The translations under genes were made by a program, and so were the position numbers. A stretch of 33,574 nucleotides of DNA, taken from contig JBFKTF010000002.1 in assembly GCA_041636435.1 (NCBI GenBank), forward strand, positions 1 to 33,574. The letters are read 5' to 3'. The notes under the pieces were generated by a model. That model saw only the letters and a program-made list of their open reading frames with translations. It did no database searches and was not told the DNA's origin. This DNA is from Thermoplasmatota archaeon (GTDB lineage: Archaea > Thermoplasmatota > E2 > JACPAO01 > JAHFTW01). Numbering within the stretch: position 1 is the stretch's first letter; every line of letters begins with the position of its first letter. This document shows positions 30,808 to 33,574 of the stretch, piece by piece.

Positions 30808-31718
30808 CCCTCGTGTTGGACTCCATCGCCGACCGCATCTTGTCCATCGTGGACACGCCCCGCAGCGACGGCTTCGTCCCGCCCGAGCAGCGCCCGGATG
30901 TGCGGTTTGGTCGCTTCATGCCCGATGGAACGCCGCGCATCAGCCCCAGCCAAGTCAACACGCTGCGCATGTGCCCGGCGCGATGGAAGCATCAGTACCT
31001 GGAGGGTCGCCCCGATGGTGGCTCGTACCAGGCCGTGGTGGGTAGCCTTGGGCACGCCGCGATGGAGGCGGCCTTGGAAACCATCGACGATCCCGTCGGG
31101 CCGCGCGCCTTGGCGGCGTCGGTGGAGCGAGCGGCCTGCATGCACTTGTTGCGCCCGGCCACCTTGCAGGGCACCAAGAACGGTGGGCAAGCCGACGTGC
31201 CTCGTTTGGCGGCGGCGTTGGCGCAGTCGGTGCGTGCCACGTGGGAATGGTTGCTGTTTCACGAGGTGGAGGTCTTGGGCGTGGAGGAGCGCACCGTGGG
31301 GACGTATCGACACCGCACCCGCGTCGATAGCCTGAGCTTCGTGGATGCGCGCCTGCGGCTGGACGGCGAGGAACGCATCATCGATTGGAAATTCCCCGGA
31401 CGGTCCCCTTGGCAACAGCGGGGACAAGCCGAGGCACGCCCAGCATACCAATTGGTGATGCAGATGTACGGGGACGCCTACCGCACCGCCGGCCGGTCCA
31501 TTGACGAGGCGTTGATTGTCCACGCCGGCCTGGATGGGCAGGGTGTGCTGGTGTCGCGGCAATCCATCGATGCCGAGTCGTTGGCGGCGAGCCGCCGGCT
31601 GGTGCACGAAGCCATCGACGTCGTCTTGGACGCGCGCTTCGACCCGGACCCGGTGACGCCGGGGCCGTTGTGCAGCACCACTTGGTGTCCGCACTTCTCG
31701 ATTTGTCCAGCAACTTAG
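30804..31718 (+). CDS. Cas4/RecB-like PD-(D/E)XK exonuclease with four-Cys cluster ligands
   Basis: ATG 30804 inside ORF 30576..31718, overlapping the previous stop (ATGA 30804-30807). Motifs: SPSQVNTLRMCPARWKHQYL (N-terminal Cys), GSLGHAAME, RIIDWKF (D-x-K), YQLVMQMY (Q-x3-Y), and C-terminal LCSTTWCPHFSIC (C-x4-C-x5-C). Confidence 0.8.
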   Translation: MTLVLDSIADRILSIVDTPRSDGFVPPEQRPDVRFGRFMPDGTPRISPSQVNTLRMCPARWKHQYLEGRPDGGSYQAVVGSLGHAAMEAALETIDDPVGPRALAASVERAACMHLLRPATLQGTKNGGQADVPRLAAALAQSVRATWEWLLFHEVEVLGVEERTVGTYRHRTRVDSLSFVDARLRLDGEERIIDWKFPGRSPWQQRGQAEARPAYQLVMQMYGDAYRTAGRSIDEALIVHAGLDGQGVLVSRQSIDAESLAASRRLVHEAIDVVLDARFDPDPVTPGPLCSTTWCPHFSICPAT

Positions 31719-33178
31719 CGGCGGCGCAGGGCCACGGCCAGGCCGGCCAAGGCGATGACGCCCAGGATACCGGCGCCCGGAGCTTGCTGGTCGTCGGTGC
31801 TCTGCAGCAGTTCGCTGGTCTCGGCCACGACGCCTCCGACGGCGAGGGTGCCATCGACGGCTTCGATGGGGAGGCGCAACGTGCCACGGGGCCCAACCAT
31901 GATGCGCTTCTGGTAGTCCACGACCACTTCGTCGGCTTCTTCGGGCACGCCCTGCAGGAGGATGGTGGTGACGTTGCCGGCGCCCAGCATCTCGAAGGAA
32001 GCGCTGGCCGCACCGATGGAGACGGTGGCATTGAGCGGTCCGTAGCCGACGTTGGCGACGGTCATTTGGATGCTGTCGCCATCGGTGACCACGGCGCGGA
32101 CTTCGGGGTAGCCGCCGTAGAGGTGGACGTTTTGGAACGCGTGCATGACGCCGCCCCAGGATTCCTGTTCCTGCATGGCGACCTCCATGGTGGTCACGGG
32201 TTCGCCCCAGGGCCCGGCCAGGTTGCTGCGACCACTCATCTCGAAGCCAAACGCCACGGCGCCCGTGTATTCGTAGACCGTGTCCACGGTGCTGCCACTG
32301 GCCGGGTAGATGGTGCTCCAAATGGGGCCGCAGGCGTCGGCGATTTCTGGCGGGTAGGCGACGTCGCAGATGCGATTCATCATGTCCACGTCCAGCGGAT
32401 CGTAGCCGTCTTCGCCGTACGGGAAGAGCCAGAGGTTGCCGCAGCAGTGGATGCTGCCGTGGTAGTCGGGTTGGTACTTCACGACGCGATCGACCACGAG
32501 TTGGGTTTCGATTTCGCTGGCGGGGCTGGGGCCGGGGTTGTTGAGCAGCATGTCGGTGCCGTCGCCACCCCACAGCACGGGGAAGTTGCGGTTGATGTTC
32601 ACGGTGTTCGCGTTCAGACGACCCATGGCGTGGCTGCCATCGGGGTTGATGAGGGGCGTGATGACCGTGAAGCGGTTCTCCAGGATCCACTGCGCAAAGC
32701 CATCGTCGGGGGATTCGTCCAGGAGCCATTGGGCGATGGCGAGGACGAAGTAGACGCCGCTGTACTCGTTGCTGTGGGTGCCGCCATCCAGCATGACCAC
32801 TTCGCGTTCCTCGAGGGGAATGAAGTCTGCGCTGCCCTCGTCGGCGAAGTTGGCGATCTCCAGGAAGTGGATGTCCAGGCCGAGGGTGGAGGTGCCAGTC
32901 TGCAGGCGCACCTTGTCGGGGTGCTCGGTGACGAGGCGTTGAATCTCGGCGGTGAGGATGGGGTAGTACGGGTAGACGGTGGCGGGGCCGGCGCGGTTGA
33001 GTGGCGGCTCGAAGCCGTACTTGTCGGCCAGGAACTCGAGGTATCCTGGTTCGAAGGCCACGGCGGGGTCGTGCAGCAAGCCGTTCTCGCCCACGGGGTA
33101 GCCGTTCACTTCGTCGCCGAATTCACCGACGACGGAAGGGATCATCAAGAGGGCCACGAGGACCACCGCTGCACGCAT
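31715..33178 (-). CDS. M14-family zinc carboxypeptidase, secreted, with PGF-CTERM-like anchor
   Basis: ORF of 487 aa. Signal peptide MRAAVVLVALLMIPSVVG. Zinc and substrate motifs GGTHSNEYSG (HxxE), INPDG, NINRNFP. C-terminus APGAGILGVIALAGLAVALRRR, then stop. Its stop overlaps the convergent nuclease stop (TTAG 31715-31718). Confidence 0.88.
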   Translation of the reverse strand: MRAAVVLVALLMIPSVVGEFGDEVNGYPVGENGLLHDPAVAFEPGYLEFLADKYGFEPPLNRAGPATVYPYYPILTAEIQRLVTEHPDKVRLQTGTSTLGLDIHFLEIANFADEGSADFIPLEEREVVMLDGGTHSNEYSGVYFVLAIAQWLLDESPDDGFAQWILENRFTVITPLINPDGSHAMGRLNANTVNINRNFPVLWGGDGTDMLLNNPGPSPASEIETQLVVDRVVKYQPDYHGSIHCCGNLWLFPYGEDGYDPLDVDMMNRICDVAYPPEIADACGPIWSTIYPASGSTVDTVYEYTGAVAFGFEMSGRSNLAGPWGEPVTTMEVAMQEQESWGGVMHAFQNVHLYGGYPEVRAVVTDGDSIQMTVANVGYGPLNATVSIGAASASFEMLGAGNVTTILLQGVPEEADEVVVDYQKRIMVGPRGTLRLPIEAVDGTLAVGGVVAETSELLQSTDDQQAPGAGILGVIALAGLAVALRRR

Positions 33179-33259
33179 ACCTTCGGCAGGGACGGCTCTC
33201 CTTGAAGCCGTTTGCGGAAGGGCAGATACCGTGAAATGGGTCCTGTTGGATGCCTGGGC

Positions 33260-33574
33260 ATGCGTGTCTGGTCCTTGATCATCGGTGCTGGGTTGCTGTT
33301 GACCGCCATCTTGGCGAGCGTCGCCATGGGCTTGCCAGTGCTCTCGGCCGAGGGCACGGAATGGGGGTATCGCTCCATGACGGCATCCTGGGGTGGCTTC
33401 AGCGGCGAGGCCGCATACGACAACATCGACGACGAGGGGTCGGCCCAGTTGCAGGCGGCGTGGCCCTTGCTGCTTGCCGGCCTGATTGTGTCGGCGGTGG
33501 CCGGTGGGGCCCTGGTGGCCTTGTCGTTTGTCCGCGTGCCCAGCCCGGTGTTGGTGGTGGGCGTGGCCGTGGGC
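33260..33574 (+). CDS. Membrane protein, 5' fragment (runs off the window)
   Basis: Not in the track because it has no stop. Hand translation from ATG 33260 (or in-frame ATG 33236): MRVWSLIIGAGLLLTAILASVAMGLPVLSAEGTEWGYRSM...AWPLLLAGLIVSAVAGGALVALSF..., exactly 105 codons open to the last base. Confidence 0.45.
   Translation, partial: MRVWSLIIGAGLLLTAILASVAMGLPVLSAEGTEWGYRSMTASWGGFSGEAAYDNIDDEGSAQLQAAWPLLLAGLIVSAVAGGALVALSFVRVPSPVLVVGVAVG

Noticed and set aside
28142-31718. Integrated provirus or plasmid at tRNA-Pro.
   Set aside because: There is no integrase, no capsid/terminase/replication genes, and I found no direct repeat of the tRNA 3' half at the far end of the cassette (only trivial 7-mers such as CGGGGCC). 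GC content looks like the flanks. It is kept only as an accessory-cassette hypothesis.
1-33574. CRISPR arrays, rRNA genes, IS elements or transposases.
   Set aside because: No regularly spaced direct repeats, no rRNA-like sequence and no transposase or integrase-like ORF were seen on either strand.

Overview
GC-rich, very gene-dense chromosomal segment: about 40 protein genes and one tRNA, with only one intergenic gap above ~140 nt. I did not compute exact GC. Gene content is archaeal: SRP54, Pelota, an NFACT/RqcH-like protein, TrmY, an archaeal-style tRNA-Pro(CGG), pilin-type N-terminal signals and PGF-CTERM-like C-terminal anchors. The acidic exported proteome and the many secreted peptidases suggest an uncultured marine Thermoplasmatota/Poseidoniales-like heterotroph; this is inference only. 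Housekeeping genes (pepA, srp54, trmY, proA-proB, trxA, pelota) alternate with exported proteins. These include two tandem cyclophilin lipoproteins, a three-gene surface-protein operon, and matrixin-like, S15 and M14 peptidases. Most long track ORFs lying opposite these genes are high-GC shadow ORFs. Several real genes are missing from the track: an edge-truncated cyclophilin, two paralogous ~55-aa membrane proteins, an edge-truncated membrane protein and a 53-codon TM ORF. Most worth follow-up: (1) a tRNA-Pro-flanked cassette of an HPt-like protein, a receiver/pseudo-kinase and two translationally coupled PD-(D/E)XK nucleases; (2) an overlapping PgsC-PgsB-like pair without PgsA; (3) a single in-frame TAG between an exported protein and the membrane anchor it otherwise lacks; (4) an overlapping RqcH-like/Pelota operon; (5) the surface-protein operon behind the only long, structured intergenic region. 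No CRISPR array, rRNA, transposase or integrase was seen.
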